Of a stretch of DNA of 20,000 bases, positions 8,891-15,789 are shown piece by piece (the stretch's first letter is position 1; every line of letters begins with the position of its first letter). The notes beneath the pieces were generated by a model. The model searched no databases and had not been told where the DNA came from. It saw nothing but the letters and a program-made list of their open reading frames with translations. This DNA is from an uncultured virus (IMG/VR IMGVR_UViG_3300046170_000428) (taxonomy: Duplodnaviria; Heunggongvirae; Uroviricota; Caudoviricetes): the IMG/VR virus record IMGVR_UViG_3300046170_000428, one strand, 5' to 3'. Made by a program: the position numbers and the translations under genes.

Positions 8891-9307
8891 ATGTTAAATG
8901 TACATGAAGTAATTGATCAAGTGAGAAAAGCCCGCACTAAAGATAAAAAGGTTGAACTTTTGAAAAAGCATGAAACCTGGGCTTTAAAGGATATTTTACG
9001 TGGAACATTCGATTCCACTGTTGAATGGAATCTTCCAGGTGGAGAACCTCCATATACACCAAATGATAATCATTCAGCACCTGCAAATCTAATTAAAGAG
9101 CATAAGAAATTTGTATACTTCGTGAAGGGATTGCGCGAATCAAATCGCCTAACACCTGTAAAACGCGAAAGTATATTTCTCGGTTTGATAGAGGGCATTG
9201 ACCCTGAGGACGCCAAGCTCGTCATTAATATGATAAACAAAGAAAAACCTAACGGAATCACTCGACCAGTGATTGAGGAGGCGTTTCCTGGATTACTGCA
9301 AGATTGA
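8891..9307 (+). CDS. Conserved T4-like phage hypothetical protein
   Basis: AAGGA RBS; motifs WNLPGGEPPY, KRESIFLGLIEGIDPEDA, EEAFPGL. Confidence 0.75.
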   Translation: MLNVHEVIDQVRKARTKDKKVELLKKHETWALKDILRGTFDSTVEWNLPGGEPPYTPNDNHSAPANLIKEHKKFVYFVKGLRESNRLTPVKRESIFLGLIEGIDPEDAKLVINMINKEKPNGITRPVIEEAFPGLLQD

Positions 9308-9328
9308 TCCATAACCATGGAGCACTAA

Positions 9329-9478
9329 ATGCCAGCATTACAACTCGAAAGACTTTTAAATGACATTTCTCAATTAGACCAGTACATTGCTAAGTTAAAA
9401 GAGAGAGGTGATTTAGATCGAGTGACGAAGTTTATAAAAAAGAAAACGTTTATGCAAGAAAGGTTAGCTCTAAATTAA
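9329..9478 (+). CDS. Small hypothetical protein, 49 aa
   Basis: Not in ORF track. GGAG RBS at 9319-9322; MPALQLERLLNDISQLDQYIAKLKERGDL...*. Confidence 0.6.
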   Translation: MPALQLERLLNDISQLDQYIAKLKERGDLDRVTKFIKKKTFMQERLALN

Positions 9479-9481
9479 CTG

Positions 9482-9510
9482 TGTACATTTCCCCTACTTT
9501 GTGGTATAAT
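9482..9510 (+). promoter_or_regulatory. Promoter P2 (TGTACA-N17-TATAAT, extended -10)
   Basis: TGTACA 9482-9487, TATAAT 9505-9510, preceded by TGn. Confidence 0.8.
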
Positions 9511-9534
9511 TATATTATCATTCACAAAGTAGGG
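9492..9534. repeat. Perfect 12-bp inverted repeat spanning the P2 -10 box and the downstream RBS
   Basis: CCCTACTTTGTG (9492-9503) and CACAAAGTAGGG (9523-9534). Confidence 0.85.
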
Positions 9535-9542
9535 ATTTTATT

Positions 9543-10103
9543 ATGAATTTGTTTATTTTACACGAAGACCCAATCATTGCTGCACAAATGCAGTGTGACA
9601 AACACGTCGTTAAAATGATTGTAGAGTCAGCACAAATGTTGTCTACTGCTCATCGTGTTCTTGATGGAACAGTTGAAAATGCTCCATCTAAATCTGGTAA
9701 AACAATGCAAAAGCATTATCGTCTTCTCGAAGATCCCGAAATGGATCAAATACTTTACAAAGCTGTACATCGTGGTCATCCATGTACTATATGGACTATG
9801 GAATCATCAAGCAATTATGAATGGCATTGGAAACATTTTGATGCACTTTGTGAAGAATATACATACAGATATGGAAAGACTCATGCAACAAGTCATCTTA
9901 AATATCCATTGTGGTCATTACCGACTAACATTCCAAAAGGTAAGATGACGCCATTTAAATTAGCAATGAAATCAAACCCAGAGTGTATGGTAGGAGATCC
10001 AGTAGAATCATATCGTCTCTTTTATCAAACAAAACAATCACGTTTTAAGATGAACTGGTCAAAACGTGAGCAACCACGGTGGTTTAAAAATGAAGTACAC
10101 TAA
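9543..10103 (+). CDS. denV: Pyrimidine dimer DNA glycosylase / endonuclease V-like protein
   Basis: Motifs MNLFIL...CDKHVVKMIVESAQMLSTAHR, HPCTIW, EYTYRYGKTH, YRLFY. Confidence 0.7.
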   Translation: MNLFILHEDPIIAAQMQCDKHVVKMIVESAQMLSTAHRVLDGTVENAPSKSGKTMQKHYRLLEDPEMDQILYKAVHRGHPCTIWTMESSSNYEWHWKHFDALCEEYTYRYGKTHATSHLKYPLWSLPTNIPKGKMTPFKLAMKSNPECMVGDPVESYRLFYQTKQSRFKMNWSKREQPRWFKNEVH

Positions 10104-10260
10104 ACTTGATACAGTAAATATATTAAAAAAAGAAATTGAACATGCTAAAAGTTGTTTAATGCCTGAAGATACGGGGCATATTCATACAAGTATAAATTGG
10201 ATGACACAACGTGTCGATGAATTAGAGGAAGAAATTAATGCCTATTTACACACTACGTGA
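10090..10260 (+). CDS. Small hypothetical protein (DTGHIHT motif)
   Basis: ATG 10090 is in frame with the ORF-track call and overlaps both neighbours. Confidence 0.6.
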   Translation: MKYTKLDTVNILKKEIEHAKSCLMPEDTGHIHTSINWMTQRVDELEEEINAYLHTT

Positions 10261-10462
10261 TCCTGCAGATGGTAGAGAATGGGACGTAAATTGTACATAT
10301 GAACAGTTACAAAACATTTTATCTGCCGGCGTTAAACGCGTCTATAAACCAAATAATTTTATAACACAATCTGGTAGTGTTATGAGTCGGACTGATACCG
10401 ACTTTAGAAGTCATTTAAAAGCTATCAAAAAGAAATATCCAGGAAATACAGTCAATGACTAA
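10238..10462 (+). CDS. Small hypothetical protein with FmdB-like MPxY N-terminus
   Basis: GAGGA RBS; MPIYTL... and C-terminal LKAIKKKYPG; sits directly upstream of phoH. Confidence 0.65.
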   Translation: MPIYTLRDPADGREWDVNCTYEQLQNILSAGVKRVYKPNNFITQSGSVMSRTDTDFRSHLKAIKKKYPGNTVND

Positions 10463-11129
10463 ATCTGCGATAAAAGCATCAGATCTTAATGCCATAGAAC
10501 CAATGACAGGCAATCAAGATAAAGCTTTTCAACTTTGGGATGAAGGTGAAAATCTTATTCTTGCAGGATCTGCAGGAACCGGCAAAACATTCCTTGCTCT
10601 TTATTTAGCTTTAGATGAAATGTTAAATGAACCTGAGTATGATAAAATTATTATTGTACGATCAGTGGTAGCAGTCAGGGAAATTGGATATTTGCCTGGT
10701 AAGCTAGAAGAAAAAACTGCGGTATTTGAAACACCGTATAAAATGATATGCGAAGAACTTTTCGAAAGTAATGCAGCATATAATAAGATGATAAATAGTC
10801 ATCAGATCCAGTTCGAAACAACATCATATATTCGAGGCAAAACATTTGACCGAGCTATTATTGTTGTTGACGAAATGCAAAATCTTAATTTTCATGAACT
10901 TGATTCTATCATGACACGTGTTGGCGAACATTGTAGAATTATTTTTGCAGGAGATTATCTTCAATCAGATTTTAAATCTGATGGAGAAAGAGACGGGCTT
11001 ATGAAATTTCTTAACATTATAGAAAGAATGAATCAATTTTCAATGGTCCAATTTGGATGGGACGATATTGTTCGTTCTGGAATTGTTCGTGATTATATAA
11101 TGACGAAAGAAATGATAGGAGTCAAGTAA
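10455..11129 (+). CDS. phoH: PhoH-family ATPase
   Basis: Walker A GSAGTGKT; IGYLPGKLEEK, YIRGKTF, DEMQN, TRVGE, GDYLQSD, DIVRSG. Confidence 0.93.
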   Translation: MTKSAIKASDLNAIEPMTGNQDKAFQLWDEGENLILAGSAGTGKTFLALYLALDEMLNEPEYDKIIIVRSVVAVREIGYLPGKLEEKTAVFETPYKMICEELFESNAAYNKMINSHQIQFETTSYIRGKTFDRAIIVVDEMQNLNFHELDSIMTRVGEHCRIIFAGDYLQSDFKSDGERDGLMKFLNIIERMNQFSMVQFGWDDIVRSGIVRDYIMTKEMIGVK

Positions 11130-11470
11130 TGAAAAAATTACTAATAAGTCTAATTCTCTTTATGAGCTATATAAGTGTAGCATACGCTGAATTTGAAGTT
11201 GAATGGCATAGAAAGCCAGTTCAATGTGCAGAAACTATGCTAATTTTAGATGAAGTTGAAAAATCTAAAATGTTACCCCTTTTACAGTTGCTTGGTACTA
11301 CAAGAATTGGAGATGTAGGTAAAATAGTTCCTTATGTAATATATTATAATAAAGATGATGAAAGCTGGCTTATGGTAGAATTTCTAGAAACTGAATTTGC
11401 ATGCATGATTGCCTTAGGTCAAGGTGTAAATTTTAATGTTGGTACAAGTTTAGAAAAAGACACTTTGTAG
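11129..11470 (+). CDS. Hypothetical exported protein (signal peptide)
   Basis: AGGAG RBS; signal peptide MKKLLISLILFMSYISVAYA|E; KPVQC...AC Cys pair. Confidence 0.7.
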   Translation: MKKLLISLILFMSYISVAYAEFEVEWHRKPVQCAETMLILDEVEKSKMLPLLQLLGTTRIGDVGKIVPYVIYYNKDDESWLMVEFLETEFACMIALGQGVNFNVGTSLEKDTL

Positions 11471-11499
11471 TGTACAAATCGTAAAAAACGTGATATAAT
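11471..11499 (+). promoter_or_regulatory. Promoter P3 (TGTACA-N17-TATAAT, extended -10)
   Basis: TGTACA 11471-11476, TATAAT 11494-11499. Confidence 0.8.
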
Positions 11500-11525
11500 G
11501 AATATTACAATTGAAAAAGGAATAT

Positions 11526-12206
11526 ATGATGGAGTTTATCCATGAAAAAATTGATATGGGATATGTGGACTTGGATCGACGAGACAGCGAAGACGGACGA
11601 CGGTACGTTACGCTTGATGGGAACGCTTACCCTTCTGTTACTACTATACTTTCTATCTTAAGCGAAGAATCTATTGCAAAATGGCGAGCTAAAGTTGGTG
11701 AAGAAGAAGCTAACAAAGTAAGCTTACGTGCAACTACACGTGGTACAGCGGTTCATGCTATTATTGAAAAGTACATGAACAATGATCCAAACTATGCTGA
11801 AGGTTATCTACCTCACGTAGTGCAATCTTTAGAAAATCTTAAACCATTATTGAACAAACATGTCACAAAGGTTTATGCGCAAGAAGTGCCATTATATTCT
11901 GACCATCTTCAAATGGCAGGAACATGTGATGCTGTAGTTGAATGGGATGGAGTACCAACAATAGTAGATTGGAAAACTAGTCGAAGACCAAAGAAAAAAG
12001 CCAATATTGGAAATTACTTCATGCAATTAGCAGCGTATGCTGTCATGTGGGAAGAACGTACAGGTATGCCCATTCAGCAGACTCGTATTGTAATGGACGT
12101 AGATGACTTTCATCCGGTTATGTATAAAGAAACACGTGATGCATGGATTGATAAGATGATTGAAACACGTGATGAATACAATAGACGTAAGTTATTTCAC
12201 GGCTAA
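11526..12206 (+). CDS. PD-(D/E)XK exonuclease (T4-like phage type)
   Basis: Motifs YPSVTTIL, RGTAVH, QEVPLYS, AGTCD, IVDWKTS, YFMQLAAYA. The ATG at 11526 follows AAAGGA (ORF track starts at TTG 11511). Confidence 0.85.
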   Translation: MMEFIHEKIDMGYVDLDRRDSEDGRRYVTLDGNAYPSVTTILSILSEESIAKWRAKVGEEEANKVSLRATTRGTAVHAIIEKYMNNDPNYAEGYLPHVVQSLENLKPLLNKHVTKVYAQEVPLYSDHLQMAGTCDAVVEWDGVPTIVDWKTSRRPKKKANIGNYFMQLAAYAVMWEERTGMPIQQTRIVMDVDDFHPVMYKETRDAWIDKMIETRDEYNRRKLFHG

Positions 12207-12220
12207 ACAAAAAAAAAATA

Positions 12221-12246
12221 AACTATTTTACTAAGTCATTGATTTT
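12221..12246. repeat. 26-bp direct repeat, copy 1, containing an IHF consensus site
   Basis: AACTATTTTACTAAGTCATTGATTTT; the minus strand reads AATCAATGACTTA, matching WATCAANNNNTTR. Confidence 0.75.
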
Positions 12247-12263
12247 CAATGACTTTTTTTTTT
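12233..12263 (+). terminator. Putative intrinsic terminator after the exonuclease gene
   Basis: AAGTCATTGA-ttt-TCAATGACTT (10-bp AT-rich stem) followed by a T run; overlaps an IHF-consensus site. Confidence 0.5.
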
Positions 12264-12283
12264 AAATAAAATGAAAAAAAGTA

Positions 12284-12312
12284 TGTACAAAGCCGAAAAA
12301 ACAGTGTATAAT
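12284..12312 (+). promoter_or_regulatory. Promoter P4 (TGTACA-N17-TATAAT)
   Basis: TGTACA 12284-12289, TATAAT 12307-12312. Confidence 0.8.
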
Positions 12313-12318
12313 ATACTT

Positions 12319-12562
12319 ATAAAATGAAAAAAGGAGATAACAAAATGACATAGCGATAGTAACCACCAAGGTTCGTGATGGAAAAGTTGAGCATTTGAAA
12401 GATTATGTAAGTCTCAGAGTTAGAAGCGGATCGGGATTTACAGGTCAGGATCGACCCAGGGAATCATCGGTGGAGTATAAACAGATCCCCTTATCTTCCG
12501 CGGAGGGGTATACCTATGGAAGATAAGGATGTGTTAGAGAGCCCCTCCACCCCACTTTTTTT
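12319..12562 (+). ncRNA. Candidate structured non-coding RNA or leader with a Met-Thr-stop minigene
   Basis: Lies directly downstream of P4 and has no long ATG-initiated ORF. Visibly GC-richer than its flanks, with several complementary segments, and ends in a T run. Confidence 0.5.
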
Positions 12563-12576
12563 ATGAGGAGAGAATA

Positions 12577-12690
12577 TTGAGATTTATAGTTGTAACATTT
12601 TTAATTTTAGGTTGTTTTGCTGTTGTAGGTATGATTGAAGATCCATGTATTACTGAAGGTTTACCCGCTAACTGTATGGTGCAGAAATAA
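12577..12690 (+). CDS. Small membrane protein, 37 aa
   Basis: GAGGAG RBS at 12565-12570 and TTG start; MRFIVVTFLILGCFAVVGMIEDPCITEGLPANCMVQK*. Confidence 0.6.
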   Translation: MRFIVVTFLILGCFAVVGMIEDPCITEGLPANCMVQK

Positions 12691-12797
12691 TGATTAATTT
12701 TTTATTTGGACTTACGATTGGTATACTATTAGCTTATCATCAACCAGACATGGTTGCTGCTGTCGGTCAGTGGTTTATATCGATTATTCCAAAATAG
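12690..12797 (+). CDS. Small membrane protein, 35 aa
   Basis: TAATG coupling; MINFLFGLTIGILLAYHQPDMVAAVGQWFISIIPK*. Confidence 0.55.
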   Translation: MINFLFGLTIGILLAYHQPDMVAAVGQWFISIIPK

Positions 12798-12814
12798 TTA
12801 CTTTACATGTTAAG

Positions 12815-12840
12815 AACTATTTTGCTAAGTCATTGATTTT
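12815..12840. repeat. 26-bp direct repeat, copy 2, containing an IHF consensus site
   Basis: AACTATTTTGCTAAGTCATTGATTTT, 25/26 identical to copy 1. Confidence 0.75.
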
Positions 12841-12866
12841 GTTGAATAAAAAAACGCATTTTTTTG

Positions 12867-12895
12867 TGTACAAACGCGAAAAACTGCTGTATAAT
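12867..12895 (+). promoter_or_regulatory. Promoter P5 (TGTACA-N17-TATAAT)
   Basis: TGTACA 12867-12872, TATAAT 12890-12895; downstream RBS GAGGAG. Confidence 0.8.
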
Positions 12896-12938
12896 GGTAC
12901 CATAAAATGAAAACAAAAACTAAATTGAGGAGAATATT

Positions 12939-13232
12939 ATGAAAGTTTATGTTACACATCAATCAAAGATTCCATACGGTGCCGCTATCGTAGATGCACC
13001 GACAACTAATGTCATGGAAGCTTTAGAGTACGCATTTAGGTGGACTCAAAACATCGAAGGTTCTTGGTCAAACAAGATCGGTTCAGATGCTAATGACAAT
13101 GTCGCTGTATGTCATTATCACAATAGTGGTATGGGTGTCAGAAGCTCAATGGTTGGCGATGAGTTCGCCATAGAAGATGGAGACACATACATATGTTCTC
13201 CAATAGGTTTTGAAAAGAAGGAGGCTATATAA
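12939..13232 (+). CDS. Hypothetical protein (RSSMVGD motif, YodL-like)
   Basis: Strong GAGGAG RBS; TQNIEGSW...RSSMVGD...GF. Confidence 0.7.
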   Translation: MKVYVTHQSKIPYGAAIVDAPTTNVMEALEYAFRWTQNIEGSWSNKIGSDANDNVAVCHYHNSGMGVRSSMVGDEFAIEDGDTYICSPIGFEKKEAI

Positions 13233-13753
13233 TGACTATATATTTAGATATGGATGGCGTGATTGCCGACTTCTTTAAATCATTTGCAATGAGAAATGGT
13301 GTTGATCACTGGAAATCAATCAAAGAAAAAGAAAAAGCTTTAGTTGATCTTCACAACACTGACTTCTTCTTAAACATTTTACCATTCGGTGCATGGGGTA
13401 ACACGACCCAAGCAATTGTTCGAAAGGTAAAACACATTGCATCCGTCAACGATTCTGATTGGGGAATATGTTCATCACCTTTACGTGGTGATCATAATAA
13501 CTCAGCATATTGGAAACGTCAATGGTTGGAGAGACATAACTGTATGCCAGAAGTTGAGAATTGTATTTTCACTTCAAGTAAGCATAAATATGCAGTAAAC
13601 AAATTAACAGGAAGACCAAACATTCTTGTTGATGATAAGATCGATAACATCAAAAAGTGGGAAGCCGCTGGTGGTATTGGTATCTTGTTTCAAACGGATC
13701 AAGATGATATTAATGACTTATTTAATAAATTGGAGAATGCATGTCGCTCGTAA
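13232..13753 (+). CDS. HAD-family 5'(3')-deoxyribonucleotidase-like protein
   Basis: HAD motif I IYLDMDGVIADF; ICSSP; K..W; ILVDD...NIKKWEAAGGIGI. Confidence 0.85.
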   Translation: MTIYLDMDGVIADFFKSFAMRNGVDHWKSIKEKEKALVDLHNTDFFLNILPFGAWGNTTQAIVRKVKHIASVNDSDWGICSSPLRGDHNNSAYWKRQWLERHNCMPEVENCIFTSSKHKYAVNKLTGRPNILVDDKIDNIKKWEAAGGIGILFQTDQDDINDLFNKLENACRS

Positions 13754-13971
13754 GTATGTTGGTTTTAAGAACTGAATTTGAAGAATTAACACAAGATTTC
13801 AATATGCCAGAAGGATCTCATATAGATAGTATAGACTGGTTTTTAGAGAATGGCCATAGGTCAAACTCGCTTCGTAATGGTTTTGTTAAAGCAAAAGAAA
13901 TTGCAACAGACATTAAGGAGTACTATAATGAGTGCAAAAGGAAAAACCCTACAACCGGGATCTATTTTTGA
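13741..13971 (+). CDS. Hypothetical protein
   Basis: GGAG upstream; 76-aa ORF filling the gap between neighbours. Confidence 0.6.
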   Translation: MSLVSMLVLRTEFEELTQDFNMPEGSHIDSIDWFLENGHRSNSLRNGFVKAKEIATDIKEYYNECKRKNPTTGIYF

Positions 13972-14299
13972 AGAATTAGACAAAGATGGTGATGGAATTG
14001 TTACAGATGAAGAAATGGCGAGGGCTAAAGAAATAGCTGAATTTGAACACAAACGTGCAATGCAAGAAAATGAAGATAAAAAAGAAGATCAGATCAGACA
14101 GATGGCTTGGTTTGCTCTTTGGGGTATGTTAATTTATCCTGCATTAATACTCATAACTTCTATGTTAGGTTATGAGAAAGCTGCAGGTTTAATTAGTGAC
14201 ATTGCTCCTACGTATTTTGTTGCTATTGCTGGCTTGGTAGCTGCATTCTTTGGTGCAAATGCTATGGCAAAGAAAAATGGAAATGGTGTAAAAAAATGA
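13928..14299 (+). CDS. EF-hand-containing membrane protein with two TM helices (holin-like topology)
   Basis: AAGGAG RBS at 13915-13920 places the start at 13928. Canonical EF loop DKDGDGIVTDEE; two hydrophobic helices; basic C-terminus. Confidence 0.7.
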   Translation: MSAKGKTLQPGSIFEELDKDGDGIVTDEEMARAKEIAEFEHKRAMQENEDKKEDQIRQMAWFALWGMLIYPALILITSMLGYEKAAGLISDIAPTYFVAIAGLVAAFFGANAMAKKNGNGVKK

Positions 14300-14415
14300 T
14301 ACAATGGCTTATAAATCTTTTTAAATTAAAAGAACCTAAAATCCCAGGATATTTAGGTAGAGACTTAAGTCAACACAGGGTACATTCAGTAAAATACGAC
14401 GATCTCTGTAAATAA
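14296..14415 (+). CDS. Small hypothetical protein, 39 aa
   Basis: ATGA coupling; MIQWLINLFKLKEPKIPGYLGRDLSQHRVHSVKYDDLCK*; fills the gap exactly. Confidence 0.55.
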   Translation: MIQWLINLFKLKEPKIPGYLGRDLSQHRVHSVKYDDLCK

Positions 14416-14417
14416 TT

Positions 14418-15218
14418 ATGAAAAATTTATTATTGCAATATTATATTCCGTATGAATCTTTTGATGCGGATATGGGTGGAGTGGAATTACCAGATTGGGC
14501 CAAGGCTGGATCAGAGTGTGCCAAAAGGTATGCAGAATATTGCGGTGCCGAATATGAGCTCGCAAATAATAGGTATTTCGAACATATCGATCCACGCCTT
14601 GACTCATTAAGAATATTTTACGATCCTCAATACGAAAAATATGACAATATCTTGACACTTGATTTAGATATGCTTATTCATACGAATGATAATATCTTTG
14701 AATCTTTTGATAGTACAAAAGATGTTGCTATGGTGCACGAAACAGGTGTACATACTGGTGGTCCAGCAGGTTGGATGAAACGTGTGATGGACGTTCCGCA
14801 ATGGCAACGTGGTATTATCGCATATGGTAAACAACTCTTTGGTAAAGATTGGATATTTCCAAAATCATCTTTATATCCAAAAGAAAGATTCAGATATTTA
14901 AATGGTGGTTTACAACTATGGACAAAGCATGGTAGAGAAAAAGCAAAAGAACATTTTACAAGTGTAGATCATTATGTATTACATACAAGATACACAGAAC
15001 AAATGTATGTAAATCTTCAATTAAGCCGATCAAAATTTAATGTTTATGAATTAGATACATATTGGAATAGAATGCCATATCAATGGCATAGTGCACAACC
15101 GGACGGTAAAATAAATCATTTTCTTGCAAGAGAAAAGTTTAATATGCCTAAATTATGGGAAGGAATGAAGAATGGCAAGATATCTCGAGATTGCAGCTGG
15201 TGCAAAACGAGGGCTTAA
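14418..15218 (+). CDS. GT-A fold glycosyltransferase (GT8/GT34-like)
   Basis: Motifs YAEYCGAEY, YDNILTLDLD (DxD), YLNGGLQL, EQMYVN, WN, INHF. Confidence 0.75.
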   Translation: MKNLLLQYYIPYESFDADMGGVELPDWAKAGSECAKRYAEYCGAEYELANNRYFEHIDPRLDSLRIFYDPQYEKYDNILTLDLDMLIHTNDNIFESFDSTKDVAMVHETGVHTGGPAGWMKRVMDVPQWQRGIIAYGKQLFGKDWIFPKSSLYPKERFRYLNGGLQLWTKHGREKAKEHFTSVDHYVLHTRYTEQMYVNLQLSRSKFNVYELDTYWNRMPYQWHSAQPDGKINHFLAREKFNMPKLWEGMKNGKISRDCSWCKTRA

Positions 15219-15789
15219 CTGGGACGCATTTCGTGATGTAGGTGATTCTGCTAAAGGTGTTGTAGAATATGACATGCGTAATTTGCCAATACGTGGTGTA
15301 TGGCCAGATACATATGATGGTGCATATAGCGAACACTTTATCGAGCATCTAACTGCTGATGAAGGTATGGCATTTCTAAAAGAAATGTTAAGAGTACTTA
15401 AACCAGGTGGAACACTTCGTACCGTTTGGCCTCCTCATGAATTTATCGATAAACTTTTATCAAACGAAAAATTAACAGCAGATCAAGAAATGTTTTGTGC
15501 ACACTATCATAATTTCTATGTAGTGAGGCATGGCTTTTGCCCAAAAGAACACAGAAATAAATCAATACGTGAACAATGTGCACATGGTTTATTATGGCAA
15601 AATGGTGAACATAAGTATGTATGGTATGAATCTGAACTTATTGAAACTATGAAAGAATTAGGATTTGTTATGGTTAAAACTCACAAATACCAAGAAAGTA
15701 GAGTTGCAGACTTTAGAGGTATTGACACTCCTGGACAAATTAGAGCATTGCATTCTGCAGTTATAGAGGCACAAAAACCATGGTCATAA
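15172..15789 (+). CDS. Class I SAM-dependent methyltransferase
   Basis: Motifs LEIAAG, YSEHFIEHL, LKEMLRVLKPGGTLR. Confidence 0.8.
   Translation: MARYLEIAAGAKRGLNWDAFRDVGDSAKGVVEYDMRNLPIRGVWPDTYDGAYSEHFIEHLTADEGMAFLKEMLRVLKPGGTLRTVWPPHEFIDKLLSNEKLTADQEMFCAHYHNFYVVRHGFCPKEHRNKSIREQCAHGLLWQNGEHKYVWYESELIETMKELGFVMVKTHKYQESRVADFRGIDTPGQIRALHSAVIEAQKPWS

Noticed and set aside
11526..12206. Cas4 / CRISPR system
   Set aside because: The protein is a common phage PD-(D/E)XK exonuclease without the Cas4 four-Cys cluster; no repeat-spacer array or other cas genes were seen.
12457..12551. Cobalamin riboswitch (AGGGAA...GGTG resembles the B12 element, and a B12-dependent RNR is nearby)
   Set aside because: The downstream conserved elements (TCC partner, GCnACTG, B12 box) are absent and the adjacent genes are not B12-related.
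12469..12554. Canonical tRNA or tmRNA gene
   Set aside because: An acceptor-like stem and CCA are present, but there is no D arm and no T arm with a TTCRA loop. Kept only as a tRNA-like possibility.
1551..14415. T4 late promoters (TATAAATA)
   Set aside because: Only near-matches were noticed (e.g. TATAAATG ~2509, AATAAATA ~8878, TGTAAATA ~14407, ATATATA ~1556 and ~8470), which is not distinguishable from chance in AT-rich DNA.
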